The notes under the pieces were generated by a model. That model made no database searches. It had not been told where the DNA came from and saw only the letters and a list, made by a program, of their open reading frames with translations. The translations under genes were made by a program, and so were the position numbers. 64,000 nucleotides of DNA from an uncultured Clostridia bacterium (lineage in GTDB: Bacteria > Bacillota > Clostridia > Christensenellales > CAG-917). Positions 48,015 to 57,762 of the stretch are shown one piece after another; the stretch's first letter is position 1, and each line of letters begins with the position of its first letter. Where the stretch lies: positions 64,390-128,389 of the forward strand of contig CALWAF010000001.1 in the NCBI GenBank assembly GCA_944372795.1. The letters run 5' to 3'.

Positions 48015-48641
48015 TCACAGCCACTCGTGATCGTCCAGATCCTCGGGCAGATCGATCTCGGGAAGCAGACCCGGATCCCGATATTTGTACGAAACCGTCT
48101 TTATGACGTTCTGTCCGTTATCGCTGTACGAAGCCTCGGCGCTTATAGAGGTCAGAAAAACGTCATCGAAATATGCTGTTACGCGCAGATCATCGAAGTC
48201 CGCGGAAGCATAGTCGAATGCTACTCCGTTTTTCAGAGACTCGATATCGGATATCCTGTCCCGTTCCGCGACAAAATCCGATCGGGTGACGGACAGAAAA
48301 TCGTCGAGGGAGATCGCCGCCTTCATAAGCCTTCCGCTCTCATCCGAAAAATATCTCACTCCGCGGACGTAATACTCCGTTCTACCCGCGTTTTCTTTCA
48401 TGGCAACGGGTTCGCCGAGTTTGTTTGTCGTCAACACATAGCGTGTTATGTTCACTTCCTCCCCCACAGTGCTTGTGACCGTCAGATCATAAGCCGACAG
48501 CGCAGATGTGTTGGCAAGCCTGACCTCGAAAGCGTCATATGCTTCCGCAGCAGGCAAAAGCTCTTCATTCGGATCGCAGCCGACAAGAGCCAGCAAACAT
48601 AAAACACAAAACACTGCAACGGTGATCGCTTTATTTTTCAT
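48015..48641 (-). CDS. Lipoprotein of unknown function
   Basis: 208 aa; lipobox LLALVGC; small beta-rich lipoprotein. Confidence 0.7.
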   Translation of the reverse strand: MKNKAITVAVFCVLCLLALVGCDPNEELLPAAEAYDAFEVRLANTSALSAYDLTVTSTVGEEVNITRYVLTTNKLGEPVAMKENAGRTEYYVRGVRYFSDESGRLMKAAISLDDFLSVTRSDFVAERDRISDIESLKNGVAFDYASADFDDLRVTAYFDDVFLTSISAEASYSDNGQNVIKTVSYKYRDPGLLPEIDLPEDLDDHEWL

Positions 48642-49252
48642 ACAACACCTCTGAGCGCATTCGAAAATATCTCGGTAAGACGCTGTTTGCCGCTCTCATT
48701 CGGATGTGTTCCGTCATACAGAAACTCCTTCTGATTGGTTTTGTCTATTCCGGAGGCTTTATATACGTCCAGAAACATGATCTTGCGGATCGCACACAGA
48801 CCGGCGAGTTTTTCGCGATACTCGTTAAACGCTTTCTCCCCCGTTGCTGCGCTCCACATGGGCGAACACCACACCACTTTTGCAAAAGGAAATCTCTTTG
48901 CGAAATATCCCGCACAATAATTTACGGCTCCGAGCAAAGAAGTCGCCTCATCGACGGAGTCCGGATCGCCCATGGTTATCATGCCGTTGACATCGTACTC
49001 ATAAAGATCGTTCACACCTCTTTGGACAAGGATTATATCCGGCTTGATCGCCCCTGCAAACAGTCTGTCGAACGCACCGTCTTTGATGAGATTGACCATG
49101 CACTGCTCGGGCATCCTACAAGGAGATATGGACGCGCCGGTAAAATCGGAAGTCACCGAAGCGCAATGCACCGCAGAGGCTATGTCGCACACCATATCTC
49201 TGTTTATACGAAAGATACTGTCACCGATAGTCCAAAGAACCCTTTGCCGCAT
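48638..49252 (-). CDS. SGNH-family hydrolase without signal peptide
   Basis: VLWTIGDSIFR, LVQRGVNDLYEYD, FLYDGTHPNESG. Confidence 0.8.
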   Translation of the reverse strand: MRQRVLWTIGDSIFRINRDMVCDIASAVHCASVTSDFTGASISPCRMPEQCMVNLIKDGAFDRLFAGAIKPDIILVQRGVNDLYEYDVNGMITMGDPDSVDEATSLLGAVNYCAGYFAKRFPFAKVVWCSPMWSAATGEKAFNEYREKLAGLCAIRKIMFLDVYKASGIDKTNQKEFLYDGTHPNESGKQRLTEIFSNALRGVV

Positions 49253-49283
49253 GACCCGCTCCTTTATCTCCGACAAACAGCCG

Positions 49284-50465
49284 TCATATACAAACCGCAG
49301 TAGTAACTGCAATCGAAGTGGCGCTTTCCGCTACGATATAAGCAACACCCTTGCCAACGAATACCAATTTGCCGCGCTCCTCGTCATATACCGCGACGTT
49401 CTCGTCCGTGGAATAAATGCGACAGCCTTCTCCCCCTTCAAGCGAAAGCGGATATTCGATGCCCGCCACACCTTCTCGGTATCCTTTCGACCATGACATC
49501 GGTTCGGAAAACAGATCCGCCGCATCGTCCATGCGCAAAGCGGCTTCGATGACTATGCGGTAAGTTTCGCGCCCCGTCTGATTCGGATGTATCCCGTCTA
49601 TCGTCATTTTCCCCAATGCCGAAGTCGTGATCCCGGTAGCCTCATGCAGATCTATCACTTCCACTCCGTATGAAGTGCATATTTCATTCAGATTGTCATT
49701 GAATTCACGGATCCTGTCCAAAGACGCGTCGCTGCGCGTGATGCTGTTTGTCCACACTATCTTGGCTTCGGGATATTTCTCGCGGAAGTATTCGATAGAA
49801 TATCTTATCGCGCCGTATGTTTCGGAGGAGTTTACGGAATCGGGATCGCCCAACTTCAACGGGTTGCCGGCCACTCCGCTCCAATATACATCGTTGGTCC
49901 CTCTGCCTATGAGTATAAGATCGGGTGCCACGCTCCCAATCAACTCGTCATAATAACCGCTGTTGATATGATCGACGATGCCGACGGAGGATGCCGGCGC
50001 TATAGTGCTTCCGCTTATCGTATCGCGAACGAGCGTATAGCCGAGGTCCGACGCGATCGTATCCAACAACATGGGGCTGAAATCGGATGTGAAAATGCTG
50101 TCGCCTACGGCAAGCATCACGCCACCCACCTTTACGGAGATCTCCGCTCGCTTCGTCCCCGCACAAGCCGTCACGACGGCGCTGCCGGCAGAAACACCTG
50201 TTAAAACACCGTTTTCGACGCTTACAACGTCCGGATCGGATGAAGCGAACGTACACTCGCGGTTCGCTTCTATGGCACATACCCCGCCGACCGCAAGAGA
50301 GACCTTCTCCGTATTCAACGTTATCTCCTCCTCGATTTCGGGCGGTATGCTTCCTCCCGGAACATCCAGAACGCCGTTTTGCGACGCATCATCGCACGCC
50401 GACGCGACAAACATAGTCGCGCAGCACACGATGGTTATAAGAAGAAATATGACGCCCCTTTTCAT
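49284..50465 (-). CDS. Lipoprotein with Ig-like domains flanking an SGNH hydrolase
   Basis: Start MKRGVIFLLI; lipobox ASAC; LAVGDSIFTSD, LIGRGTNDVYW, TIDGIHPNQTG. Confidence 0.82.
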   Translation of the reverse strand: MKRGVIFLLITIVCCATMFVASACDDASQNGVLDVPGGSIPPEIEEEITLNTEKVSLAVGGVCAIEANRECTFASSDPDVVSVENGVLTGVSAGSAVVTACAGTKRAEISVKVGGVMLAVGDSIFTSDFSPMLLDTIASDLGYTLVRDTISGSTIAPASSVGIVDHINSGYYDELIGSVAPDLILIGRGTNDVYWSGVAGNPLKLGDPDSVNSSETYGAIRYSIEYFREKYPEAKIVWTNSITRSDASLDRIREFNDNLNEICTSYGVEVIDLHEATGITTSALGKMTIDGIHPNQTGRETYRIVIEAALRMDDAADLFSEPMSWSKGYREGVAGIEYPLSLEGGEGCRIYSTDENVAVYDEERGKLVFVGKGVAYIVAESATSIAVTTAVCI

Positions 50466-50514
50466 ATATAACTCCTTCATCGCCGCACTTACCGTGCGGC
50501 GATGATCCGGTATT

Positions 50515-53247
50515 TCAGTCGCCGAAGGCAACCTTGTTGAGCCACATGGTTGCGCCGGTTTGCGTTGTCGTTTCGTCGAAGTCCTGTTCGATAAGAACGG
50601 TCAGCACTTCACCGTTGTATTCACTGACATCGAAAACAAGCTCTGTGCCCGTGGTCCACTGCGAGACAGATATCTTCCCCCAACCGTTCCTGACGGCGAC
50701 AAAATCCGCATTCGTCTCAGGAGTCAGAGTCACGATCGTTCCGTCCTCAAGCAAAAGTCGTACGCGAACGTTTACGCCGTCTCCCACATTATCACAGCCG
50801 ACCCAGACGCTAAACATGTTTCCCTGCACCCATACGCGGTTGACAAAGACTGCATCCGCGCCAAGATCCTCGGCAGTGTCATTGCCGCTCTCCCATGCTA
50901 TGGACTGTAAGCTTGCACCTAGCGTTCCGACATTGTTAAGCTGACCGTCACCCGTTAGGAAGTGCTTCCATTTTGCTTTTGCGGTCGTATCTCCGCGCAG
51001 TCCCCATACGGTGAAGTCTTCTTCGTCAGTGCCCCAAACTTTAGAGCCGTCGATCTCCAACGCCTTCCAATCGGCATCGTCGAACGCGCCTATCGGAGAT
51101 GTCAGTGTTCCGGTTATAGTCGAATCCGGAATGTCGACATCCTGTACATCTTTAAGTTCGAGTTGTTCTTTCGCGCTCCTGACGGCGGCGATCGCAGCGT
51201 CGATATAACCTTGTTGATCCGCGTTGAGGTCACGGCTGAGATTCTTGAACGATGTCACAGCCGCCTCGTATCTTGCCCAGCTCACATCCGTGTAAAGCGA
51301 AGCATCGAGGCTATCTCCGTCAAGTTCTGCCGCGAGTTCGTCATATGCCGCATAATCGGCAGGTTCCGTCGTCACTTCAGCAGTAAATGTCGCAAAGTTG
51401 AACCAAAGCGTGCAGGCGCCGGCGTCGGTCTCTGTCCGGTTTTCATCCTGCTCTATCATGATCACGGCTTCTTTGCCCTTAAATGCCGACACGTCATATG
51501 TCAGTTTTGCACCCGACACCCATTGGCTGATCTGCAAATTGCCCCAATTCCGATTCTTGTAAAGTTTGAACCCCGGAACGGTCCACATAGGTGCGAGATT
51601 GTGTTCAACGCCGTCCACAAGGAATGTAAGACGATAGTTCACGTTTGTATTGTCGCTGTCCGTGCCTACGTATATCACAAAATAGTTCTCGCTGACCGTG
51701 ACTTTGTTCATGGTCACTGCATCACGCACGAAGGCGCCGCCGTCATGACCGTCAGCAGGTTCGCGGGCTATGATCTGCAAAGACCCTCCGGTCACATCCT
51801 TATAAACCACCTGTCCCTCTGCTCCGTTCAGGAAAACAGTGGTCCATTTCGCTTTTGCCGCGATATCGCCGCGCAATCCCCACGCGCTCCAATCGGTTTG
51901 ATTCGGATCACCCCAAGACGTCGCGGTGTCAAGAGTGAGAGCGGAGACGTCCACCTGCTCTTCTGCCGCCACAAAAGCCATGCTGTACACAACCAAAGAG
52001 TCGCGGCATTCTTGGATCAGCCCTTCGAGCTGAAACTCCTTGTAACCGATGTCCAGATAATATTCTTCCTGATAAACGTCGGCAGGAGCATCCTGTTCGA
52101 TCAAAAGTATTATGGTCTGTCCGACATAATCCGAAAGATCGACGTCAAAATAAGTGCCCGTGCGCATGGTATCGTAATCCAACCCCGTTCCTTCATCGTT
52201 TAGCGGAGCTTTGATCTCGACATAATCCATAACAACGTGATCGGTATAATCATCCGGACAAATCACGGACACTCGGAACTTGCTGAGAAGATTGTTGTAA
52301 TCAGGATAAGGATTGTTGCTTGCAAAAATGCGGAACGTGCTGTTTTCCCCGACCGTGACCTTATTCCAGAGGATCGTATTCGGATCTTCGTCATCCACTT
52401 CGGGGTTGACACCGTCCGTCCCCGCACGTCCGAATGTATCCGAACCGCGCATAACTATATAAGGCATCCCGGCAGGCCCCTCGAAAAGGTTCCAGTTGGG
52501 GCTGTGCCCCGGCACGACTTGCTGTTTCCATTCCATAGCCGTCTTATCTTCGTCATTGTCGGCAACGTATGTCCATGACGTCAGTTCGGAGACAGCCTGT
52601 GCATCGATAAATTCTTTTGCGATCCCGAAATAGGTGACATATACGCTGCGCTCGAACGTCGCGGTGCGCCCTTCTGCGTCGGTCGCGGAATAAGTAACCG
52701 TATAAGTGCCGAGCTTTGAAATGTCGAAACCGCCATCATCGGTCACTACAATCGGCAGTTCGACGCCGTTGCCATCCGATGCGGACAGACCTTTCGTCAG
52801 ATCCACCGAGGCTGCGGGGGTATTGTTGTTAATATACAACTCACCCTCATACTGTTCCTCTTCCTTTATGATCGGTGCGGAACCTCCGGACTGCCGATCG
52901 GTCACATTAACGGTGCATACATCCTGTGCGCTGCCCGCACTCGCGGTGACGGTGGCAGTCCCTGCCGAAACAGCCGTCACCACTCCTTTATCAACCGTGA
53001 CTATTTCCGTATTTGAGCTGTTCCAACTCACAGCCACGCCTTCTACGTTGACATCGGCAAAAAGCGTAAACGTATCTCCCACCGTAAGATCCAATTCATC
53101 CCGATCCAGCGTAACGATTAGCGCGCCGCCGTCTCCCTGATCATCGGAACGTCCGTCGTTGCAAGCAATGAAAGTCGTTGCAACGACCAACATCAATAAG
53201 AAAACGATCGCCGATCCGGAGATTTTGGCTATTCTCTTTTTCCTCAT
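50515..53247 (-). CDS. Large lipoprotein: Ig-like domains plus three copies of a beta-sandwich/CBM-like module
   Basis: ~910 aa; lipobox; LIVTLDRDELDLTVGDTFTLFADVNVEGVAVSWNSSN; repeated modules ending LLIEQD / IMIEQD / LIEQD. Confidence 0.8.
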   Translation of the reverse strand: MRKKRIAKISGSAIVFLLMLVVATTFIACNDGRSDDQGDGGALIVTLDRDELDLTVGDTFTLFADVNVEGVAVSWNSSNTEIVTVDKGVVTAVSAGTATVTASAGSAQDVCTVNVTDRQSGGSAPIIKEEEQYEGELYINNNTPAASVDLTKGLSASDGNGVELPIVVTDDGGFDISKLGTYTVTYSATDAEGRTATFERSVYVTYFGIAKEFIDAQAVSELTSWTYVADNDEDKTAMEWKQQVVPGHSPNWNLFEGPAGMPYIVMRGSDTFGRAGTDGVNPEVDDEDPNTILWNKVTVGENSTFRIFASNNPYPDYNNLLSKFRVSVICPDDYTDHVVMDYVEIKAPLNDEGTGLDYDTMRTGTYFDVDLSDYVGQTIILLIEQDAPADVYQEEYYLDIGYKEFQLEGLIQECRDSLVVYSMAFVAAEEQVDVSALTLDTATSWGDPNQTDWSAWGLRGDIAAKAKWTTVFLNGAEGQVVYKDVTGGSLQIIAREPADGHDGGAFVRDAVTMNKVTVSENYFVIYVGTDSDNTNVNYRLTFLVDGVEHNLAPMWTVPGFKLYKNRNWGNLQISQWVSGAKLTYDVSAFKGKEAVIMIEQDENRTETDAGACTLWFNFATFTAEVTTEPADYAAYDELAAELDGDSLDASLYTDVSWARYEAAVTSFKNLSRDLNADQQGYIDAAIAAVRSAKEQLELKDVQDVDIPDSTITGTLTSPIGAFDDADWKALEIDGSKVWGTDEEDFTVWGLRGDTTAKAKWKHFLTGDGQLNNVGTLGASLQSIAWESGNDTAEDLGADAVFVNRVWVQGNMFSVWVGCDNVGDGVNVRVRLLLEDGTIVTLTPETNADFVAVRNGWGKISVSQWTTGTELVFDVSEYNGEVLTVLIEQDFDETTTQTGATMWLNKVAFGD

Positions 53248-53295
53248 AATGAATCCCCCTATATTAACGGTAAAATTCCCAGATTTTTCCATTTA

Positions 53296-53310
53296 CGAAA
53301 ACGTTTTCAT
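53296..53310. promoter_or_regulatory. LacI-type palindromic operator
   Basis: cGAAAACGTTTTCat, 12-bp perfect palindrome downstream of the minus-strand promoter. Confidence 0.75.
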
Positions 53311-53346
53311 AATTTAACCGAGAATTTCACCCGCTTTGATGAGTCC

Positions 53347-53375
53347 ATTTTACTATGGCGATGGCGGATTGTCAA
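53347..53375 (-). promoter_or_regulatory. Promoter of the minus-strand array
   Basis: Reverse strand TTGACA-N17-TAAAAT. Confidence 0.7.
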
Positions 53376-53395
53376 TACATAATTTGAAAAATGTG

Positions 53396-53424
53396 TTGAC
53401 AACCCACTCGCTCATGTTTATGAT
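53396..53424 (+). promoter_or_regulatory. Promoter of the GH32 gene
   Basis: TTGACA-N17-TATGAT, followed at 53430..53443 by operator-like tGAAAACGTTacca. Confidence 0.75.
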
Positions 53425-53531
53425 AATTTTGAAAACGTTACCAAATGTGCAATAAAAACTCGAGATAGTGTTCAAGATGTTTCGCCATATCAATATCGTT
53501 TTCAAATTAAAATACCGCGCGGAGATACTGT

Positions 53532-54920
53532 ATGTCCTACAACATTTTCTACAAACCTGCCGAACAAAACAGCGCCTTGGCGGACGTTATCCCCTTCTAT
53601 GAGAATGGCACTTTTCATTTGTTTTATCTCCGCGATCACCGCGACCCCGCTAAATACGGCGACGGAATAAGCTGGTATCGTGTTTGCACAAATGACTTCA
53701 CATCCTTTACGGACAAAGGAGTTGCCATACCCGCCGGAAGCCGAGAGCAATTGGATCACTGTGCGTACACGGGCGGGATAATCAAATATGACGGTTTATA
53801 TCACATATTCTATACAGGTCATAATGCGCGCATAAAGGATACCGATTATCAAAACGAATGCATCATGCATGCGACAAGCAACGACCTCGTCAAATGGACA
53901 AAACTGCCGGAGGACACCTTTTTCGCTCCGGAAGGATACTGCCACGGTGATTTCAGAGATCCTTTTGTATACCCCTCCCCCGAGGGCAACGGATTCGTCA
54001 TGCTTATCTGTGCGAGACCTCACAGCGGCAACGCGATACGTAAAGGCGAGCTTATCAAAATGACGTCCGACGACCTGAAACATTGGAAATTCGAGAAAAA
54101 ATTCTATGCGCCGCAGGCTTTTCATACACATGAGTGCCCTGATCTGTTCAATATAGGCGACTGGTGGTATCTGTTGTTTTCCGAGTATTCGGACGACTAC
54201 ACGACAAAATACAGGATGAGTCGATCACCCGAAGGGCCTTGGGTCTGCCCTCCCGACGACTCTCTCGACGGTCGGGCGTATTATGCAGCGAAAACGGCAT
54301 CTGACGGCAACGATCGTTTCCTGTTCGGTTGGGTCCCGACGCGAACCGGAAATTCCGATAAACTGCCGTGGATGTGGGGCGGCAACCTTGTCGTCCACAG
54401 TCTTATACAAAGAGAAGACGGCACTTTGGGTGTAGCTTTACCCGACAGCATCGGGAGCACGTTCAAAAATCAAACCGCAATTCCTTCCTTTTCGCTGTAC
54501 AACAAATACGATTGCGGAGAAAAAGTTTTATTCAAACGCACCGATAAGACTTTTTCGTTATCGTTCACCATAACCGCACATGCTGACAGCACAAGATTCG
54601 GTATTTTCCTAAATAAAAACGAATCCGAAGACAAAGCCTTCGCTTTTACGTTTGACTTGAACAAGCGCCGCGTCGAGGCGTGCGCGCGTCCGGCGTTTCC
54701 CGCAGGAGAATATGACAATTATCATATGTCCCGCCCACTTCCGAACGGAAACTCGTTCGACATAACGCTTATCGCCGACGGAGATATATACATCATTTAT
54801 ATAGGAGGAGATGTTGCGCTGTCCGCTCGGTGCTGCAACATGCTCGGCGATGGCATCGGCATATTTTCAGAATTCTCCGACATTGACATCGAACACATAA
54901 AATTCGGCAAACTTGTCTGA
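53532..54920 (+). CDS. GH32-type beta-fructosidase-like glycoside hydrolase, cytoplasmic
   Basis: 462 aa, no signal peptide; GTFHLFYLRDHRDP, FRDPFVYPSPEGNGFVMLICARP, HECPDLFNIGDWWYLLFSE. Confidence 0.75.
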   Translation: MSYNIFYKPAEQNSALADVIPFYENGTFHLFYLRDHRDPAKYGDGISWYRVCTNDFTSFTDKGVAIPAGSREQLDHCAYTGGIIKYDGLYHIFYTGHNARIKDTDYQNECIMHATSNDLVKWTKLPEDTFFAPEGYCHGDFRDPFVYPSPEGNGFVMLICARPHSGNAIRKGELIKMTSDDLKHWKFEKKFYAPQAFHTHECPDLFNIGDWWYLLFSEYSDDYTTKYRMSRSPEGPWVCPPDDSLDGRAYYAAKTASDGNDRFLFGWVPTRTGNSDKLPWMWGGNLVVHSLIQREDGTLGVALPDSIGSTFKNQTAIPSFSLYNKYDCGEKVLFKRTDKTFSLSFTITAHADSTRFGIFLNKNESEDKAFAFTFDLNKRRVEACARPAFPAGEYDNYHMSRPLPNGNSFDITLIADGDIYIIYIGGDVALSARCCNMLGDGIGIFSEFSDIDIEHIKFGKLV

Positions 54921-55028
54921 CCTCATTACGTGCAATTTGCCATGCCAAACCTGAATAACCAAAACTACTGCAAAACAAAAACGACAAAAGAAAAAGCAAA
55001 CAAAATCTGGTTCGATTTTGTTTGCTTA

Positions 55029-55105
55029 TGGTGGAGCTTAGGGGATTCGAACCCCTGACCCCTTGTCTGCCAGACAAGTACTCTAGCCAACTGAGCTAAA
55101 GCCCC
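55029..55105 (-). tRNA. tRNA-Ala (anticodon GGC)
   Basis: 77 nt with encoded CCA; GGGGCTT...AAGCTCCACCA, anticodon loop CTGGCAG. Confidence 0.93.
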
Positions 55106-55395
55106 ATGCGGTTTCGGTTGCCTAAATATATTAGCGCAAAATCGCGGATTGCACAAGCGAATAAAGCTATTTGCGAAAAAAATTAGCAAAAAAGTGATGC
55201 GGTGTTGAGTCAATGTGTATGCCACATTCAAAAACGGCGTCTGCCATAATGTGCAAAAGCGGGAGCGATGAACGGCACGAGGTGCTTCGATGATGCGCGT
55301 GCTCGGGTGGGGACAAGTTTCTGTGTCATCGAAAAAGATCGGGGTGACTTTGCGGCGGGAATCGGTTTGGGCGTGAAATCATGACGGAGCGGCAA

Positions 55396-55428
55396 TGCAA
55401 AACGACCGACGGGAGTCGGTCGTTTTTT
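55396..55428 (-). terminator. Intrinsic terminator
   Basis: aaaACGACCGACgggaGTCGGTCGTttttt; works in either direction, assigned to 55472..56659. Confidence 0.7.
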
Positions 55429-55471
55429 GTGCTTGATCGTACAATAAACGGGGTTTATCGGTGCAAAGCGA

Positions 55472-56659
55472 TCACTTCTTGCGCTCGTTGAGGAATTCCT
55501 CAATGAGGTCGAGCGCGCGTTTGATGGCGTCGACGGAGTAGGCGTAGGAGATGCGGATGAAGTCCTTGCCGCTGTCGCCGAACGCGCTGCCGGGGACGAC
55601 TGCGACGTTCTTGGCTTCGAGAAGCGCGTAGGCAAATTCCTCGCCGTCCATACCCGTGGACTTGACGCAGGGGAAGGCGTAGAAGGCGCCTCTGGGCTCG
55701 AAGCAGGTGAGACCCATGGCATTGAGCCTGCCGACGAGGTATCTGCGGCGCTCGTCGTACTTTTCTCTCATTTCGGCGACCTCGGCGAAACCGTCCGCGA
55801 AGGAGGCTTCGAGGGCTGCGAGAGCCGCGTACTGCGCAGCGGTGGGCGCGCACATGATTCCGTACTGATGGATCTTATAGACGACGTCGATGATGGGCTT
55901 GGGCGCGCAGATGTAGCCGAGTCTCCAGCCCGTCATGGCGAACGCCTTGGAGAAGCCGCTGATGACGATGGTGCGCTCTCTCATGCCCTCGAGGGACGCC
56001 ACGGAGCAGAACTTGACGCCGTTGTAGACCAACTCGCCGTAGATCTCGTCCGAGAAGACGACGAGGTCGTTCTCAAGGATGACGGGCGCGAGCTTTTCGA
56101 GGTCGCTCTTCTCCATGACGGCGCCGGTGGGGTTGTTGGGGAAGGCGACGAGGATCGCTTTGGTGCGGGGGGTGATCGCCTTCTTGATCTCATCGACGTT
56201 GAGCTTGAACTCGTCCTCGATGAAGCACTTCACGCTGACGGGGGTGGCGCCTGTGAGGGAGACGAGGGGCGCGTAGCACACGAAGCAAGGCTCGGGGATG
56301 AGCACCTCGTCGCCGGGAGCGCACACTGCCCTGAAGGCGGCGTCGAGCGCCTCGGACGCGCCGACTGTGATGATGATCTCGCTTGCGGGATCGTAGTGCA
56401 CGCCGATGAAACCGTCGAGATATTTGCTTATGGCTTTGCGCAGCTCCATGAGCCCCGCATTTGCGGTGTACTGCGTCTTACCCTCGAGGATGCTGTCGAT
56501 GGCAGCCTGACTGAAGGCGCGGGGGGTGATGAAGTCGGGCTCGCCGACGCCGAGAGAAATGCAGTCCTTTCGGGTGGCAGCGATCTCGAAAAACTTCCTG
56601 ATGCCGGAAGGCTTCATGTCTCTTGCGACGGGGTTGAGGATCTTTGCATAATCGATCAT
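55472..56659 (-). CDS. PLP-dependent aminotransferase, class I
   Basis: ISLGVGEPDFITPR, NPTGAVMEKSDLEKL, DEIYGELVY, SGFSKAFAMTGWRLGY; start ATG 56659 behind GAGGTG. Confidence 0.92.
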   Translation of the reverse strand: MIDYAKILNPVARDMKPSGIRKFFEIAATRKDCISLGVGEPDFITPRAFSQAAIDSILEGKTQYTANAGLMELRKAISKYLDGFIGVHYDPASEIIITVGASEALDAAFRAVCAPGDEVLIPEPCFVCYAPLVSLTGATPVSVKCFIEDEFKLNVDEIKKAITPRTKAILVAFPNNPTGAVMEKSDLEKLAPVILENDLVVFSDEIYGELVYNGVKFCSVASLEGMRERTIVISGFSKAFAMTGWRLGYICAPKPIIDVVYKIHQYGIMCAPTAAQYAALAALEASFADGFAEVAEMREKYDERRRYLVGRLNAMGLTCFEPRGAFYAFPCVKSTGMDGEEFAYALLEAKNVAVVPGSAFGDSGKDFIRISYAYSVDAIKRALDLIEEFLNERKK

Positions 56660-56879
56660 AATTTCACCTCTTATCGGATATGAGAAAATTTTAGCACCAA
56701 ATGATTTACTTTTCAACTATTTTTTAATTTTGCGCATAAAATGAAAGGAGTCACGAAGATGCACTCCCCCGCACCGCACGGGACGCGCGTGCAAATGAAT
56801 ATCGTCGCGCGCGGAAGGGAATGCTCAAACGGTATTGAACGGTGCCCGAAAACGTGATAATATGATCAAGAGGTGTAAC

Positions 56880-57446
56880 ATGAGAAAAATGGTTTCCATC
56901 ATAGGCGACAGCAAGATAGAAAAAGACGGCGACAAATATCGCCTCGCGTTCTCGATGGGCAAAGCGCTTGTCGACAACGGCTACCGCGTGGCGTCGGGCG
57001 GGCTCGGCGGCGTGATGGAGGCGGCGTTCGAGGGCGCGAAGTCCTCCGAATTTTACCGCGAAGGCGACACCGTCGCCATCCTCCCCATGTTTGACAGAAA
57101 ACTCGCCAGCGACGCGGCGGACATCGTCATCGCGACGGGGCTGGACGTCTACCGCAACGTCATCGTCGCCAACTCCGACGCGGTCATCGCCATAGGCGGC
57201 GGTGCGGGCACCCTTGCGGAAATGTCCAACGCGTGGCCGCTGAAACGCCTGATGATCGCCTTCAAAAACGTGGACGGCTGGAGCTCAAAAGTGGCGGACA
57301 CCCGCCTTGACCACCGCATCCGCTATCCCGAGATCGAGGAAGACCGCGTCTTCGGCGTGAGCACGGCAGACGAAGCCATCGCTCTCTTGGAGAAATATCT
57401 GAACCTCTACACCGACACCCACACGGGCATAAAGCGCGGCGACTGA
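56880..57446 (+). CDS. SLOG/LOG-family protein (TIGR00725-like)
   Basis: VASGGLGGVMEAAFEGAKSSEF, AIGGGAGTLAEMSNAW. Confidence 0.8.
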   Translation: MRKMVSIIGDSKIEKDGDKYRLAFSMGKALVDNGYRVASGGLGGVMEAAFEGAKSSEFYREGDTVAILPMFDRKLASDAADIVIATGLDVYRNVIVANSDAVIAIGGGAGTLAEMSNAWPLKRLMIAFKNVDGWSSKVADTRLDHRIRYPEIEEDRVFGVSTADEAIALLEKYLNLYTDTHTGIKRGD

Positions 57447-57762
57447 CCACCGCCGCCCTCCGCGGCATATCGACACACCCACCACTTAAACCATGCAAAA
57501 AAGCGGGCTAAACCCGCTTTTTTGCATTATAATGACTTGCCGCAAGCGGCTCACACGAAATGCAAACGCACCCCTTACGCTCGCATTGCTTTGCATTTGC
57601 GTCATTTTATGTTCGTGTCACTTCGCATTTGAAAAACTCCGCCGAGGCGGAGTTTTTTTGTGTGGTGTGGGCGGGCGGAGTCCGTGCGGGGACTGCCCTG
57701 CTCTCTCGGATCGCCCGTGCAGGGCGGTGCCGTGCGTCAGTATGCGGGCGGTTGGAGCCTAC

